Shown: positions 39,326-48,908, numbered from the stretch's first letter. The stretch: DNA of 64,000 nt from an uncultured Acidobacteriaceae bacterium (GCA_963718445.1 CAVQZI010000001.1:1706522-1770521), one strand, 5' to 3'. The notes: generated by a model from the letters alone, not told the origin. Numbers and translations are program-made.

Positions 39326-39355
39326 AAACTAACAGAGCGTTTTGTACGGTGTCAA
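39326..39355 (-). promoter_or_regulatory. Candidate sigma70-type promoter of the atp operon (TTGACA, 17-18 nt spacer, TTAGTT/TAGTTT)
   Basis: Perfect -35 hexamer on the minus strand, about 68 nt upstream of the atpF' ATG. Confidence 0.35.
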
Positions 39356-39491
39356 CGAACGGTCGCTGGTTTTGGAAGCCCGAAGGGCGTGCCATGATGG
39401 CCCAGCACGGAGCCGCAGGCGGAGTGCAGGTATAGGTGACACTTGAGAGGCCGAGTCCCTAGGGGACGCAGTCATCTCTGCAAGCTATTGT

Positions 39492-40898
39492 TCATGGCGC
39501 GTTCTTCACGAACTCCGGCTGTTTCCCTTCCACCCACGGATCGTAGGTCTGCACGAAGATCATGCGATCGCGGATTGTGGGGTGGTTCCACGCCCAGAAT
39601 TCCCAGAACTTGTTCACGTAGGGATAGTCGAGCGATACCTCGCCGAGCGCCTGAAATGCCATCGCAGCGGCATGCGGTGCGTCCGGCACCAGGCCGTGAA
39701 TCACTTCCAACCCGTATTGGTCAGCCTGGTGCTCGTAATGACGCGAGACCGCGTTGAATGCAGGCGTTGCTATAAACGCAAGCACCGACAGAATCAGCAT
39801 CAGCAGCGGAAGCGAAGCCCAATCTGCCAGATCGCGAATTCCCCACGCCCCACCATATCGCGCGACCATCCACGTGGCGACCCGATAGCCCACATAAAAC
39901 AGCACCAGCAATATCCCCAGGATCATTACAAGTTCCTTGGGGATGTGGTGCAACACGTAATGCCCCATCTCATGCCCGAAGACGAACAGCGTTTCCGGAG
40001 TAGTCATCTTCTGCATCGTGGTGTCCCACACCACCACGCGCTTGGTCGCGCCGAAGCCGCTGACGTAGGCGTTCAGCGTGGTGCGTTTTTCGCTGGCCTT
40101 CATCTCGAACATGCGCTGCGGAGGGATGTCCATGCCTGCGCGATTCACCACACGTTCAATCTGCGCCACCAGATCGGCATGACGATCCGTGAGCGGCTCG
40201 AACTTCTCGAAAATCGGCTCGATCCAGACCGGTGCAATGAAGAGGACGAAGATGACGATGGGAATCAACGCCAGCCAAAAGTAAAACCACCACCGGCGCG
40301 GGCTGCGTCGCAGCACGCCATACAGAAGCCAGCCGAGAAATATCGCGAAGACCAACCCCAGCAACAGGCTCTTGCCCCAGTCCGCAAACCACGATCCCCA
40401 ATGTTGCACAGACAGACCGTATCTCAGCCCCACATGGTGGTCGTACATGTCGAATGGAAGTTGCGCCATTTGGACCACCAGCACGAACAGCGACATGACA
40501 ATAACCGCCTGCACGAAGCGAAGGCGCGATGCCCGTTCCGCCCAGTCGCGGAGCCGAACGCCGAAGCGCGTCCGCAGCATCAGCCAGAGGACGACAAATC
40601 CCCACAGCGTCGTCACGAAGTAGAGCGTGCCGTCCAGCAGATAAAGAGCGTAGGCTTTGGTGAGCTTGTCCGGAGGCAGAGAATACTGCAGCAACTGGTG
40701 GGATTCCGCACTCCCGCCGCCGCTTGAAGCCTGTGGGTTCTCGGCGGCAGGGGACGCAGCTGGAAACAGCAAAATCAGGAACAAGAAAAACACTGGCACG
40801 ATTGTCAAAATCCCAAACAAAGACGTGGTAGAAACTACCGTCTTGAAACGAGGTCCGCGTGCCCTATCGACCTCCAAACTATCTGCTTTTTCAATCAC
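39492..40898 (-). CDS. M48-family zinc metallopeptidase, Ste24/CAAX-protease-like, polytopic membrane protein
   Basis: FVFGHEMGHYVLHH (HExxH) and multiple TM segments. Confidence 0.85.
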   Translation of the reverse strand: MIEKADSLEVDRARGPRFKTVVSTTSLFGILTIVPVFFLFLILLFPAASPAAENPQASSGGGSAESHQLLQYSLPPDKLTKAYALYLLDGTLYFVTTLWGFVVLWLMLRTRFGVRLRDWAERASRLRFVQAVIVMSLFVLVVQMAQLPFDMYDHHVGLRYGLSVQHWGSWFADWGKSLLLGLVFAIFLGWLLYGVLRRSPRRWWFYFWLALIPIVIFVLFIAPVWIEPIFEKFEPLTDRHADLVAQIERVVNRAGMDIPPQRMFEMKASEKRTTLNAYVSGFGATKRVVVWDTTMQKMTTPETLFVFGHEMGHYVLHHIPKELVMILGILLVLFYVGYRVATWMVARYGGAWGIRDLADWASLPLLMLILSVLAFIATPAFNAVSRHYEHQADQYGLEVIHGLVPDAPHAAAMAFQALGEVSLDYPYVNKFWEFWAWNHPTIRDRMIFVQTYDPWVEGKQPEFVKNAP

Positions 40899-41128
40899 TT
40901 GAAATTCCTTTTCGAAAGACTTACATGCACTCTAAACTTCACACATCATCGCGGTTTCTTCTTGACTTTTCCACACGCTGCGCTAGCATATGAGTATCAC
41001 CTCCGATCCATTTCAGGATCGAATGGGCTCGGAGCCAAGGAAATCGTCACCGCTCCTTGGCATCGGGCCCATTTTATTGCCTGCAGTATGACATTGGCTT
41101 CTCGCATCCCAGCGGCAGTTTCCCCCGG

Positions 41129-42052
41129 ATGAACGCAAAACTCCTGTTTGCAATCGGGTTGTTCTTCTGTCTGACGCCCTGGGCCACACCGCCGTTAGCT
41201 TTGCTGGTGGGCCTCATCTTCGGGGCCATTGCCACCCACCCTTACAAAGACGAATCCAGAAGGCTCTCCCGAGTTTTGTTGCAGTCTGCCGTCGTGGGAC
41301 TCGGCTTCGGGATGAACTTGCACGAAGTCTTGCACGCAGGCGTGAGCGGGTTCCTCTACACGGCAGTGGGCATCGCTTTCGCGATGGTCGTCGGAACCGT
41401 CCTGGGCAAATGGATCGCGGTGCGCCCGCGGGCGGCTTTCCTCATCTCCACCGGCACTGCAATCTGCGGGGGTAGCGCCATCGCAGCCGTCGGTCCAATC
41501 ACCGGCGCAACCGAAGATGAGATGTCGGTTTCGCTGGGCACTATTTTTGTCTTGAATTCTGTCGCCCTGCTCACATTTCCCGTCATCGGTCTCTGGTTGA
41601 AACTGTCGCAGACGCAGTTCGGGTTGTGGGCCGCGCTGGCGATTCACGATACCAGTTCGGTTGTAGGAGCGTCGGCGAAGTACGGGGCTGTCGCTCTGGC
41701 CGTAGGAACGACGGTCAAACTGGCACGCGCTCTGTGGATTGTTCCTCTCTCTGTCGCAACTGCCGCGGTCAAGGGCAGCAAGACCCGCATTCAGTGGCCG
41801 TGGTTCATCCTCTTCTTCTGCCTGGCGGCAGTCGCGAACACCTACCTGTTTCCGGGTGCGGTCGCCTATCGCTTTCTGAGCAATGCCGGCAAGTTGATGC
41901 TGGTCATCACACTATTTCTTATCGGCGCAAGCCTCTCGCCCGCAACCCTGCGCAGAGTTGGTCCAAGACCTCTGCTGCAGGGCATCCTGCTGTGGATTGT
42001 GGTCGCCGTAGCCAGTCTACTGGCGATACGTGCGGGCTGGATTCGAATTTAG
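41129..42052 (+). CDS. YeiH/UPF0324-family putative sulfate-exporter-type membrane protein
   Basis: About 10 TM segments with family-like LLQSAVVGLGFGMNL and GTAICGGSAIAA. ATG at 41129. Confidence 0.65.
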   Translation: MNAKLLFAIGLFFCLTPWATPPLALLVGLIFGAIATHPYKDESRRLSRVLLQSAVVGLGFGMNLHEVLHAGVSGFLYTAVGIAFAMVVGTVLGKWIAVRPRAAFLISTGTAICGGSAIAAVGPITGATEDEMSVSLGTIFVLNSVALLTFPVIGLWLKLSQTQFGLWAALAIHDTSSVVGASAKYGAVALAVGTTVKLARALWIVPLSVATAAVKGSKTRIQWPWFILFFCLAAVANTYLFPGAVAYRFLSNAGKLMLVITLFLIGASLSPATLRRVGPRPLLQGILLWIVVAVASLLAIRAGWIRI

Positions 42053-42069
42053 ACAATGCGATTCCTTAG

Positions 42070-42786
42070 CTACGGTTCCCAGCCCTCTTCACCGACCAGC
42101 GGCACAAACCGGCATAGCTCATGATTGGTGACGGCGATCTGATCGTCCAACTTTCTGACCAGCTGCAATTGCTGTTCGTGCCGCGAACCGACGGGAAGAA
42201 TCATCCGTCCGCCATCAGCCAACTGCGCGACCAGTGTGTCGGGAATGCGAGGCGCAGCCGCCGCGACCAATATCTTGTCAAACGGCGCTTGCTCCGGCAG
42301 GCCACCGCTTCCGTCCGCGTGCACCACGTGAACGTTGCCGTATCCGAGCTTCTCCAGAGTTTCGCGGGCCTTGGCTGCCAGCTCTGGGTGACGCTCGATG
42401 GTCCAGACCTCGGCGGTCAGCTCACCGAGAATCGCGGCTTCATAGCCGGTGCCGGTTCCAATCTCAAGCACGCGGTCCTCGGGCCACAGCTCCAGAATCT
42501 GCAGCATGGCGGCGACGATGTACGGTTGGGAGATGGTTTGGCCCGCGCCAATCGGGAGCGGGTAATCACCGTAGGCGCTCTGGCGATCTTCGGGGGCGAC
42601 GAACTCCTCGCGAGGGACCTTCACCATCGCAGACAAGATGCGCTCATCGCGGATCCCTCGATCGCGCAGCTGGTCCTGCACCATGGCGGCGCGCTGCTGT
42701 GCCAGGCCTTCGTGTTGAGCGTTGTTGAACAGGTGAAAGGGCACGGTTTGCGACTCGCTCGCTGCTAGCCGCCGATTCCCAACCAT
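42070..42786 (-). CDS. pcm: Protein-L-isoaspartate O-methyltransferase (start uncertain)
   Basis: VPREEFV...PLPIGAGQTISQPYIVAAM...VLEIGTGTGYEAAIL. Confidence 0.9.
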   Translation of the reverse strand: MVGNRRLAASESQTVPFHLFNNAQHEGLAQQRAAMVQDQLRDRGIRDERILSAMVKVPREEFVAPEDRQSAYGDYPLPIGAGQTISQPYIVAAMLQILELWPEDRVLEIGTGTGYEAAILGELTAEVWTIERHPELAAKARETLEKLGYGNVHVVHADGSGGLPEQAPFDKILVAAAAPRIPDTLVAQLADGGRMILPVGSRHEQQLQLVRKLDDQIAVTNHELCRFVPLVGEEGWEP

Positions 42787-43613
42787 TCGCCGAGCTTCTG
42801 CACCGGGCAGCGCAGGCCCACAAAGAACTGGCCGAAGGCGGCATACACCGCGCTCACCTCGTCGAAGCGCATCTCGTAAATCAGCTTCTTGAAAATGAGC
42901 GGGTCATTGGCGAACAAATCCACGCCCCACTCCCAGTCATCGAAGCCGATGGAGCCGGTGATGATCTGCTGCACCTTGCCGGCGTAGCGGCGCCCCACCA
43001 TGCCATGCTCTTCCATCTGGCGTTGGCGTTCTTCGATGGGCAGCGTGTACCAGTTCTTGTCTTCGCCGCGTTTGCGGTCCATAGGGTAAAAGCACAAGTA
43101 GCGGCTGTCGGGAATCTTGGGATAGAGCCGCGGGTGCATCGCCTGCCGCTGCCGCTCCATCGTCTCTTCTACTTCGCGGTTCCATTCCTCTGACATCGGA
43201 GCGATGCCGCGCTCGGCAAGCTGGCGAAACAGCTTCACGCTGGAGTCGTACAGGCCCAACTCGATCACCGACAAATAGGAGTGTGTCGGCTCCAGATATT
43301 CCTTGAGCGCGGTGCGATTCAACTCCAGCTCCGCGGCGTTCAACTGGTCGAAGGTATCGCGGAAGTGCACCAGCATCAGGTCGCCCTTGTGCCCCAGCAT
43401 GGAGTAGACCGCGCTCTGCCCGGCTTCTTCCGCCGCCGACAGCGCGGCCATCGCCTCGCGCGGGATCTCCTGCTGACGCGACGCGCTCAGCTTGCGCCAC
43501 TCCGGCCAGCGAAAGCGAAACATCTGGTGCAGCACGCTCAGCCCTTCCAGCGTGAGTGGCACAGCATGCAGTTCAGCCGGGATGGTTTGCGTCGCGGCAT
43601 TGCGGGAAGCCAT
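42765..43613 (-). CDS. Chlorite-dismutase-family protein, HemQ/coproheme-decarboxylase-like
   Basis: FYPMDRKRGEDKNWYTL...EHGMVGRRYAGKVQQIITGSIGFDDWEWGVDLF. Confidence 0.8.
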   Translation of the reverse strand: MASRNAATQTIPAELHAVPLTLEGLSVLHQMFRFRWPEWRKLSASRQQEIPREAMAALSAAEEAGQSAVYSMLGHKGDLMLVHFRDTFDQLNAAELELNRTALKEYLEPTHSYLSVIELGLYDSSVKLFRQLAERGIAPMSEEWNREVEETMERQRQAMHPRLYPKIPDSRYLCFYPMDRKRGEDKNWYTLPIEERQRQMEEHGMVGRRYAGKVQQIITGSIGFDDWEWGVDLFANDPLIFKKLIYEMRFDEVSAVYAAFGQFFVGLRCPVQKLGEWLGIGG

Positions 43614-43654
43614 TAGATAACTCCCAAGAGAGAAGATGCAGGTTCTGCCGTATT

Positions 43655-44071
43655 CTATGTTTCCTCCAGCTGAAAGAACACCGCAGGAGAAACTCCGAAC
43701 CGCGCGCTCAGCCGCTTGATGTGCTCGCTCGTGAGATTGCGCTTGCCACTGAGCACCTCTGAGACGATACTCTCGCTGCCAAAAATCGGACCCAGGTCCT
43801 TCTGACGCAAGTGGTGGGCATCCAGCAGGTGGCGGATAATGTCAGCCGCCGCCGCATCTGGAACGGGGTATTGTCTGGACTCGAAGTCCTGGATCAGCAC
43901 CGTGAGCAACTGGATAAGCTTTTCTTCAGCCCGCGTCACCGACTTTTTGCTGGTGAGCCGTTCCAGCATACGGAGGTAGGCCTGATTCTGCCTTTCATCG
44001 CGGATGACTTCCGGTCGCGTCTCCGACAACAGGGCGGCGTAATTAGCGCTCATCGCGTTCCTTATTGCCAC
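43655..44071 (-). CDS. higA: HigA-family antitoxin (XRE HTH)
   Basis: C-terminal HTH VSEVLSGKRNLTSEHIKRLSARFGVSPAVFF. Overlaps and follows higB. Confidence 0.8.
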   Translation of the reverse strand: MAIRNAMSANYAALLSETRPEVIRDERQNQAYLRMLERLTSKKSVTRAEEKLIQLLTVLIQDFESRQYPVPDAAAADIIRHLLDAHHLRQKDLGPIFGSESIVSEVLSGKRNLTSEHIKRLSARFGVSPAVFFQLEET

Positions 44072-44346
44072 TTACCTCGGTCGTACTCGGCGTGGGTGAG
44101 TAACCCCTTCACGAAGATGATCTGCCAGCGGTATTCAATCTTCACGAGTAAACGATAGTTGTTTCCCTTGATGTTAAATACCGTATATGCGCCCACTCGA
44201 TCGGCGTGGGGATAAGTTTTCCTGGCTTCCGTCAGGCTTCGCCAGTTTGCGTGTCTTGCGATTTTGTACCACTCTGAAATCGGTCCCAGCAGTGATGGAC
44301 CACTCGCCACAGCGGCACGCCAGGCGCTCTTGCTGATGATCCGCAT
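44062..44346 (-). CDS. higB: HigB-family mRNA-interferase toxin
   Basis: MRIISKSAWR...WYKIARHANWRSLTEARKTYPHADRVG..TVFNIKGNNYRLLVKIEY. Toxin-first gene order. Confidence 0.8.
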   Translation of the reverse strand: MRIISKSAWRAAVASGPSLLGPISEWYKIARHANWRSLTEARKTYPHADRVGAYTVFNIKGNNYRLLVKIEYRWQIIFVKGLLTHAEYDRGKWQ

Positions 44347-44504
44347 GTGCCGAACTTCGCAAATCGCGAACTTAGATTCTAGTACGCGAAGCGGGAAGAA
44401 GCAAAAGTCGGGAGTGTCTGGAATCCGGCCGGCCGAAAAACGCCCCACTTAAGCTTTCGCTCAAGTGGGGCACGGTTCATCGCTGTCACAAATTGATGCC
44501 CACG

Positions 44505-45824
44505 CTAACAGTTGTTCCCGCCAGGTCCGCCAAAGAAGAAGTACTCACCCCAGGTGGTATTGTTGACGAACCACGGGCCGGCCACCGTGTAGCAAGCGGG
44601 CGATGGCTGCTGCGCGGTCAGGTTCGCCCACTGCGATGCATTGGTGGTGTTCACGAAATAGATTTGCCGTTGATAGGCGGCGAACCTGTAGCCCTGGTTT
44701 GCGAAGGCGCCGCTGCCCATCAGACCCCAATTGTTCACGCCCACCGTCTCACCGCCATACCGGATGCTCTGCGCATTCTGCGTCATCTGGCCGCCGCGGA
44801 AGACCTGTCCCGGATAGTATCCAACCCATGTTCTGTTAGTGTCGTTGCCCAGCGCCAGCCACCAGTTGCCCTGGTAGAAGTACCACGTCATGGTGAAGTA
44901 ATACTGCGTGCCGCCGGAGGTGCTGTAGTTGGAGAACTTCCCGCCGAGGTGCCACTGGTTGCTGATCTGCATGAAACCTGGGCAGTCCAGGTTGTAGCAA
45001 CCGATGTTGGGGACCGTATTTCGCCTGCCGTAATTGTTCGCAGTCCAGAAGATGAACAGGCGGGAATTCTGATCGCCGTATTTGGCCGGATAGTTCTGCC
45101 AGCCGCCTTCGACGGTTTGCAGGTTGTTTCCTGTGCCCCCGGAATACCACTGCTGCGACAAGGAGAAGATCTGTCCCAGCCTGGTGTTCACGAATGGACT
45201 CCAGAGGTTCAGGGCCGAGCTGCCACCGAAATTATTGACCAACTCGACCGTGTAGGCGTACTTGTGGCTGGCTTGCGGAGCTTGGGTGCCGGGAAGCTGG
45301 CCGCTGCCGTCAGGAGCCTTGCTGAAGAAGTCATTAAGGTTCGCGAAACTGGCCACCTCGTTAAGAGTGATCCGGCGCATCGGGACGGTATTGAGCTCGC
45401 AAGTTGAGGAGTTGCCAAACTGATCGTACTGATCGCCGGGCCCTAGCTGCGGGCTGAAGGTGTCAGCGTTGGGCGCCGTGCCCAGCGCGGGAGGCGGCTG
45501 TGCCACGCTGTTCAGGCCCTGCAGCACGTACGATGGCTGCTGCTGAATGGGAACGCAGTCGTAGTACTGGCCGTAGAGGAAGAAGCTGTGGCTTACCTGT
45601 ACCGCCTGGTACAGGGTTTCAACATACTGCTGCATCTGGGAAAACGTGGCGTCATCCTGGACTGCGTACCCGGGCTGCCCGACGTATTGCGAGGCATTGG
45701 CGGATACGGTGTTGCTCATGAATTGGGTAAAGGGGACGAAGGTTTGGGCATGCAATGTTCCGGTCAGCGTGACAAGAAGCAGCACCATCACGCTCAGCAG
45801 CATTCGCTGTTTCATGGCTTTCAT
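44505..45824 (-). CDS. Secreted neprosin-like (DUF239, glutamic peptidase G3-type) protein with N-terminal pro-region
   Basis: Signal peptide. HKYAY..., FSLSQQWYSGG...TVEGGWQNYPAKYGD..RLFIFWTANNY...GCYNLDCPGFMQ...GNWWLALG...GYYPGQVF...IRYGGET...MGSGAF closely follows the plant DUF239 pattern. Confidence 0.75.
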   Translation of the reverse strand: MKAMKQRMLLSVMVLLLVTLTGTLHAQTFVPFTQFMSNTVSANASQYVGQPGYAVQDDATFSQMQQYVETLYQAVQVSHSFFLYGQYYDCVPIQQQPSYVLQGLNSVAQPPPALGTAPNADTFSPQLGPGDQYDQFGNSSTCELNTVPMRRITLNEVASFANLNDFFSKAPDGSGQLPGTQAPQASHKYAYTVELVNNFGGSSALNLWSPFVNTRLGQIFSLSQQWYSGGTGNNLQTVEGGWQNYPAKYGDQNSRLFIFWTANNYGRRNTVPNIGCYNLDCPGFMQISNQWHLGGKFSNYSTSGGTQYYFTMTWYFYQGNWWLALGNDTNRTWVGYYPGQVFRGGQMTQNAQSIRYGGETVGVNNWGLMGSGAFANQGYRFAAYQRQIYFVNTTNASQWANLTAQQPSPACYTVAGPWFVNNTTWGEYFFFGGPGGNNC

Positions 45825-46138
45825 TGCGATCTCCTTTCGGCGCTGCGCATTAGAGCGCCGGGGTTGTTTTGGAATGTATTGTTCGGTGGCCAGCCGTCCT
45901 CGATTGCGAGTGCAGAATGCGGCAGATCGGCGGGCGCTTCAATGGTCAGCGTCTGATTCCGTACTGATTTCGGGATGATCGCCTAAGCTGATGATGGGAG
46001 AGGGATTAGCTGGCTGTATGAGCGACGATAGCCAGTAGCCACTTGTCAGTAAAGCTTCAAGTCGTGAGAGCAGCAGGTTCACGTGTACCCGAGGCCCGTT
46101 CACTTTTACTCTTTGGGGACCACCCTGCCTGCGCTTTG

Positions 46139-46192
46139 GCTGAGTGTGACAGTTGGGTGCTGAGCGCTGAGTGCTTGAATGCTTATTGCTAG
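46139..46192 (+). repeat. Heptamer-periodic word tract (GCTGAGY / TGCTNNT) upstream of mnmG
   Basis: GCTGAGTGTGACAGTTGGGTGCTGAGCGCTGAGTGCTTGAATGCTTATTGCTAG. Confidence 0.5.
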
Positions 46193-48359
46193 AATCAAAT
46201 TAGCCGGGGTGTTTGGCTTGCAGTCACAATTTACAGAAACTTACGACGTTGTCGTGGTCGGTGCCGGCCATGCTGGTTGCGAGGCCGCAATGGCGGCCGC
46301 GCGCATGGGCCTGAGAACTGCACTTTACACCCTCAACGTCGATCTCATCGCGCAGATGTCGTGCAACCCGGCTGTCGGCGGAATTGCCAAAGGCCATCTT
46401 GTCCGCGAAGTCGACGCTCTCGGTGGCATCATGGGCGAAGTGACGGACGCCGTCGGTATTCAGTTTCGTCTGCTGAACACCTCGCGCGGCCCGGCGGTTT
46501 GGTCCCCGCGAGCGCAATGCGACAAGCAGCAGTATCGCCGGAAGATGCGCGAGGTGCTGGAATCCGAGCCCAACCTGCACATCAAGCAGGCGGAAGTGGC
46601 CGAACTAGTTGTCAGTTGTCAGTTGCCAGCTGTCAGTGGAATCGATGAGCAGCCACAACTGACAACCGACAACCGACAACTGATAACTGGCATTCGCCTT
46701 CGCGACGGCCGCACCGTTGGCGCGCAGGCAGTCATCATCACGACCGGGACATTCCTCAATGGCCTGATCCACTGCGGCGAACAGCAGTATCCCGCGGGCC
46801 GCAGTGGTGAACCCGCGGCCGTGCTTCTCGGCGAAGCATTAAAGAAGCTCGGCCTGCGCGGTTGCCGGCTGAAGACGGGCACGCCGCCGCGTCTTGATGG
46901 CCGCAGCATCGATTGGTCGAAGTTCACGGTGCAGCCGGGCGATGAGGATCCCACGCCCTTCAGCTTCCGCACCAGGCGCGTTGCGCATCACGACAAGCAG
47001 GTGCCGTGCTACATCGCGTTCACCACGCCAGAGACGCACCGCATCATCCGCGAGAACGTGCACCGCTCGCCCATGTACAGCGGGCAAATCCAGTCCATTG
47101 GGCCGCGCTACTGCCCTTCCATCGAGGACAAGATCGTCAAGTTCCCCGACAAGGAAGTGCATCAGCTCTTTCTTGAGCCTGAGGGGCTGAACACACACGA
47201 GATCTACGTCAATGGCATGAGCACCTCGCTGCCCATCGAGGTGCAGCTCGCGATCATCAAGTCGATTCCCGGCCTGGAGAACGCGGAGATGCTGCGCCCA
47301 GGCTACGCCATTGAGTACGACTCCATCGATCCCACCGAACTGCAACGCACGCTGGAGACGAAGAAGATCGAGCGACTTTATTTGGCCGGGCAGATCAACG
47401 GCACCAGCGGCTACGAAGAGGCAGCGTGTCAGGGGCTGATGGCCGGCATCAACGCCGCGCTGAAGATCAAGGGCCAGCCACCGCTCATCCTCGACCGTAC
47501 CGAGGCATATACCGCGATCCTGATCGACGACCTCATCAGCAAGGGAACGAACGAGCCCTATCGCATGTTCACCTCGCGCGCAGAGTTCCGCCTGCATCTG
47601 CGCATCGACAACGCCGACCGGCGCCTGACGCCGCACGGCCGCCGCGTAGGCTTGATCAGCGATGCCGCCTGGGCGGATTATCTCGCCAAGCAGGAGCGCA
47701 TGAAGGCCTTGCGCGAATTGCTGGAACGCACGCGGGTGAATGAGGCAGTTGTCGGTTGTCAGTTGCCAGTTGTCGGAGCGGATCCCAATGCAGTCAACGA
47801 TTCCAAGCACCTGTTGGAGCTATTAAGAGACGCCAAAGCCGCGGGGGTTACGCTGGCGCAGTTTCTGAAGCGTCCCGAAGTGCGAGTAGAGCAGCTTGCG
47901 CCAGTACTTGCGAGTCTGATGCCTGGTTTTTTTGTGAGAGAGGCAGACGTCAGTTGTCAGCCTTCAGCTCTCAGCCAGAGCTTACCGGTGACGCAGCCGA
48001 CAACTGACAACGGACAACTGACAACTCCGCGCTTGAGCGCGGCCGTCCGCAACGAACTGAAGTCCGTCGAGACTGAGATCAAGTACTCCGGCTACCTCGA
48101 GCAGCAGGCCAAGGCCATCGAGCGGTTGAAGAAATCCGAGCAGCGGATGATCCCCGATTGGTTCGACTACGGCAGGGTATCGGGCCTCTCGCGTGAGATG
48201 AATGAAAAGCTCACCCGCGTTCGCCCGCAAACACTGGGACAGGCCAGCCGCATTCCGGGCGTGACGCCCGCCGCGGTTTCCCTCATCAACGTGTACATCG
48301 AAATCCAGGCGCGGCAAAAGGGCGCGCCTGCACATGCCGGTGCTCACCGCGTCTCTTAG
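46179..48359 (+). CDS. mnmG: tRNA uridine-5-carboxymethylaminomethyl synthesis enzyme MnmG (GidA), about 95 aa longer than E. coli MnmG
   Basis: [76 protein letters not shown], and [11 protein letters not shown]. Start could also be 46209 or 46218. Confidence 0.97.
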   Translation: MLIARIKLAGVFGLQSQFTETYDVVVVGAGHAGCEAAMAAARMGLRTALYTLNVDLIAQMSCNPAVGGIAKGHLVREVDALGGIMGEVTDAVGIQFRLLNTSRGPAVWSPRAQCDKQQYRRKMREVLESEPNLHIKQAEVAELVVSCQLPAVSGIDEQPQLTTDNRQLITGIRLRDGRTVGAQAVIITTGTFLNGLIHCGEQQYPAGRSGEPAAVLLGEALKKLGLRGCRLKTGTPPRLDGRSIDWSKFTVQPGDEDPTPFSFRTRRVAHHDKQVPCYIAFTTPETHRIIRENVHRSPMYSGQIQSIGPRYCPSIEDKIVKFPDKEVHQLFLEPEGLNTHEIYVNGMSTSLPIEVQLAIIKSIPGLENAEMLRPGYAIEYDSIDPTELQRTLETKKIERLYLAGQINGTSGYEEAACQGLMAGINAALKIKGQPPLILDRTEAYTAILIDDLISKGTNEPYRMFTSRAEFRLHLRIDNADRRLTPHGRRVGLISDAAWADYLAKQERMKALRELLERTRVNEAVVGCQLPVVGADPNAVNDSKHLLELLRDAKAAGVTLAQFLKRPEVRVEQLAPVLASLMPGFFVREADVSCQPSALSQSLPVTQPTTDNGQLTTPRLSAAVRNELKSVETEIKYSGYLEQQAKAIERLKKSEQRMIPDWFDYGRVSGLSREMNEKLTRVRPQTLGQASRIPGVTPAAVSLINVYIEIQARQKGAPAHAGAHRVS
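46607..46688 (+). repeat. Imperfect hairpin of AGTTGTC heptamer words, in-frame inside mnmG (insertion 1)
   Basis: Left arm 46607-46639 and right arm 46653-46688 are approximate reverse complements. Confidence 0.8.
47746..47776 (+). repeat. GTTGTC-word tract inside mnmG (insertion 2, single arm)
   Basis: CAGTTGTCGGTTGTCAGTTGCCAGTTGTCGG encodes [10 protein letters not shown]. Confidence 0.7.
47949..48026 (+). repeat. Heptamer-word hairpin inside mnmG (insertion 3), 78 nt
   Basis: GTCAGTTGTCAGCCTTCAGCTCTCAGCC ... GCCGACAACTGACAACGGACAACTGACAACT. Confidence 0.75.
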
Positions 48360-48394
48360 AATCCCGGCAGCAACGCACTCCGTCTAATCACGCA

Positions 48395-48904
48395 ATGCAA
48401 ACCCAGGACCTTGACACCTTTCTCGAATACCTCGGTAGAGTACAGCAACGTACCATGCGGGTGGTCTGCTGCATTCCCGCCGACAAGCTGGATTGGTCCT
48501 ATGCTGAGGGAAAATTCACGCTCGGCGATCTGGTGCGCCACATGGGAGCCATCGAGCGCTACATGTTTGCCGAGACGATTCAGAACAAGCCAAGCCTTTA
48601 CAGCGGATGCGGCAAAGAGCTGGCCGACGGTCTTGATGAGGTCGTTCGCTTCAAGCAGACCATGGATCGCGAGACGGTGGAGATTATTCGCCGGCTGGGC
48701 AACGAGGGCATGATGCGCAAGTGCAACACGCCCGATGGAGCGTCGATTACAGTCTGGAAGTGGCTACGCCTGATGGTGGAGCACGAAATCCACCATCGCG
48801 GCCAGATTTATCTCTATCTCGGCATGCTCAATGTGCCCACTCCGCCGTTGTATGGCCTCACCTCGGAGCAGGTGAGCGAGCGCAGCGCACGCGCCCACAG
48901 CTAG
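48395..48904 (+). CDS. DinB-family (four-helix-bundle) protein
   Basis: His triad context (LVRHMGAIERY ... MVEHEIHHRGQIYLYL). Confidence 0.8.
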   Translation: MQTQDLDTFLEYLGRVQQRTMRVVCCIPADKLDWSYAEGKFTLGDLVRHMGAIERYMFAETIQNKPSLYSGCGKELADGLDEVVRFKQTMDRETVEIIRRLGNEGMMRKCNTPDGASITVWKWLRLMVEHEIHHRGQIYLYLGMLNVPTPPLYGLTSEQVSERSARAHS

Positions 48905-48908
48905 CCAG

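Noticed and set aside
39375-39435. Segment GAAGCCCGAAGGGCGTGCCATGATGGCCCAGCACGGAGCCGCAGGCGGAGTGCAGG, which looks like a dispersed-repeat type sequence
   Set aside because: Only one copy is present in this window and no clear palindrome, so it cannot be supported as a repeat without a genome-wide search.
39582-40727. 381-aa ORF on the plus strand
   Set aside because: Antisense shadow of the Ste24-like M48 peptidase. Low-complexity composition rich in His, Arg, Gln and Pro.
45825-46178. Long intergenic regions (also 11527-11830, 25927-26173, 52153-52422, 61560-61754, 62898-63177) screened for tRNA, tmRNA or riboswitch signatures
   Set aside because: No GTTCGAATC-type T-arm, no cloverleaf-compatible stems, and no B12/TPP/SAM-like conserved boxes were recognised by eye. 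A covariance-model scan would be needed to exclude small RNAs.
46839-47810. 323-aa ORF on the minus strand
   Set aside because: Antisense shadow of mnmG.
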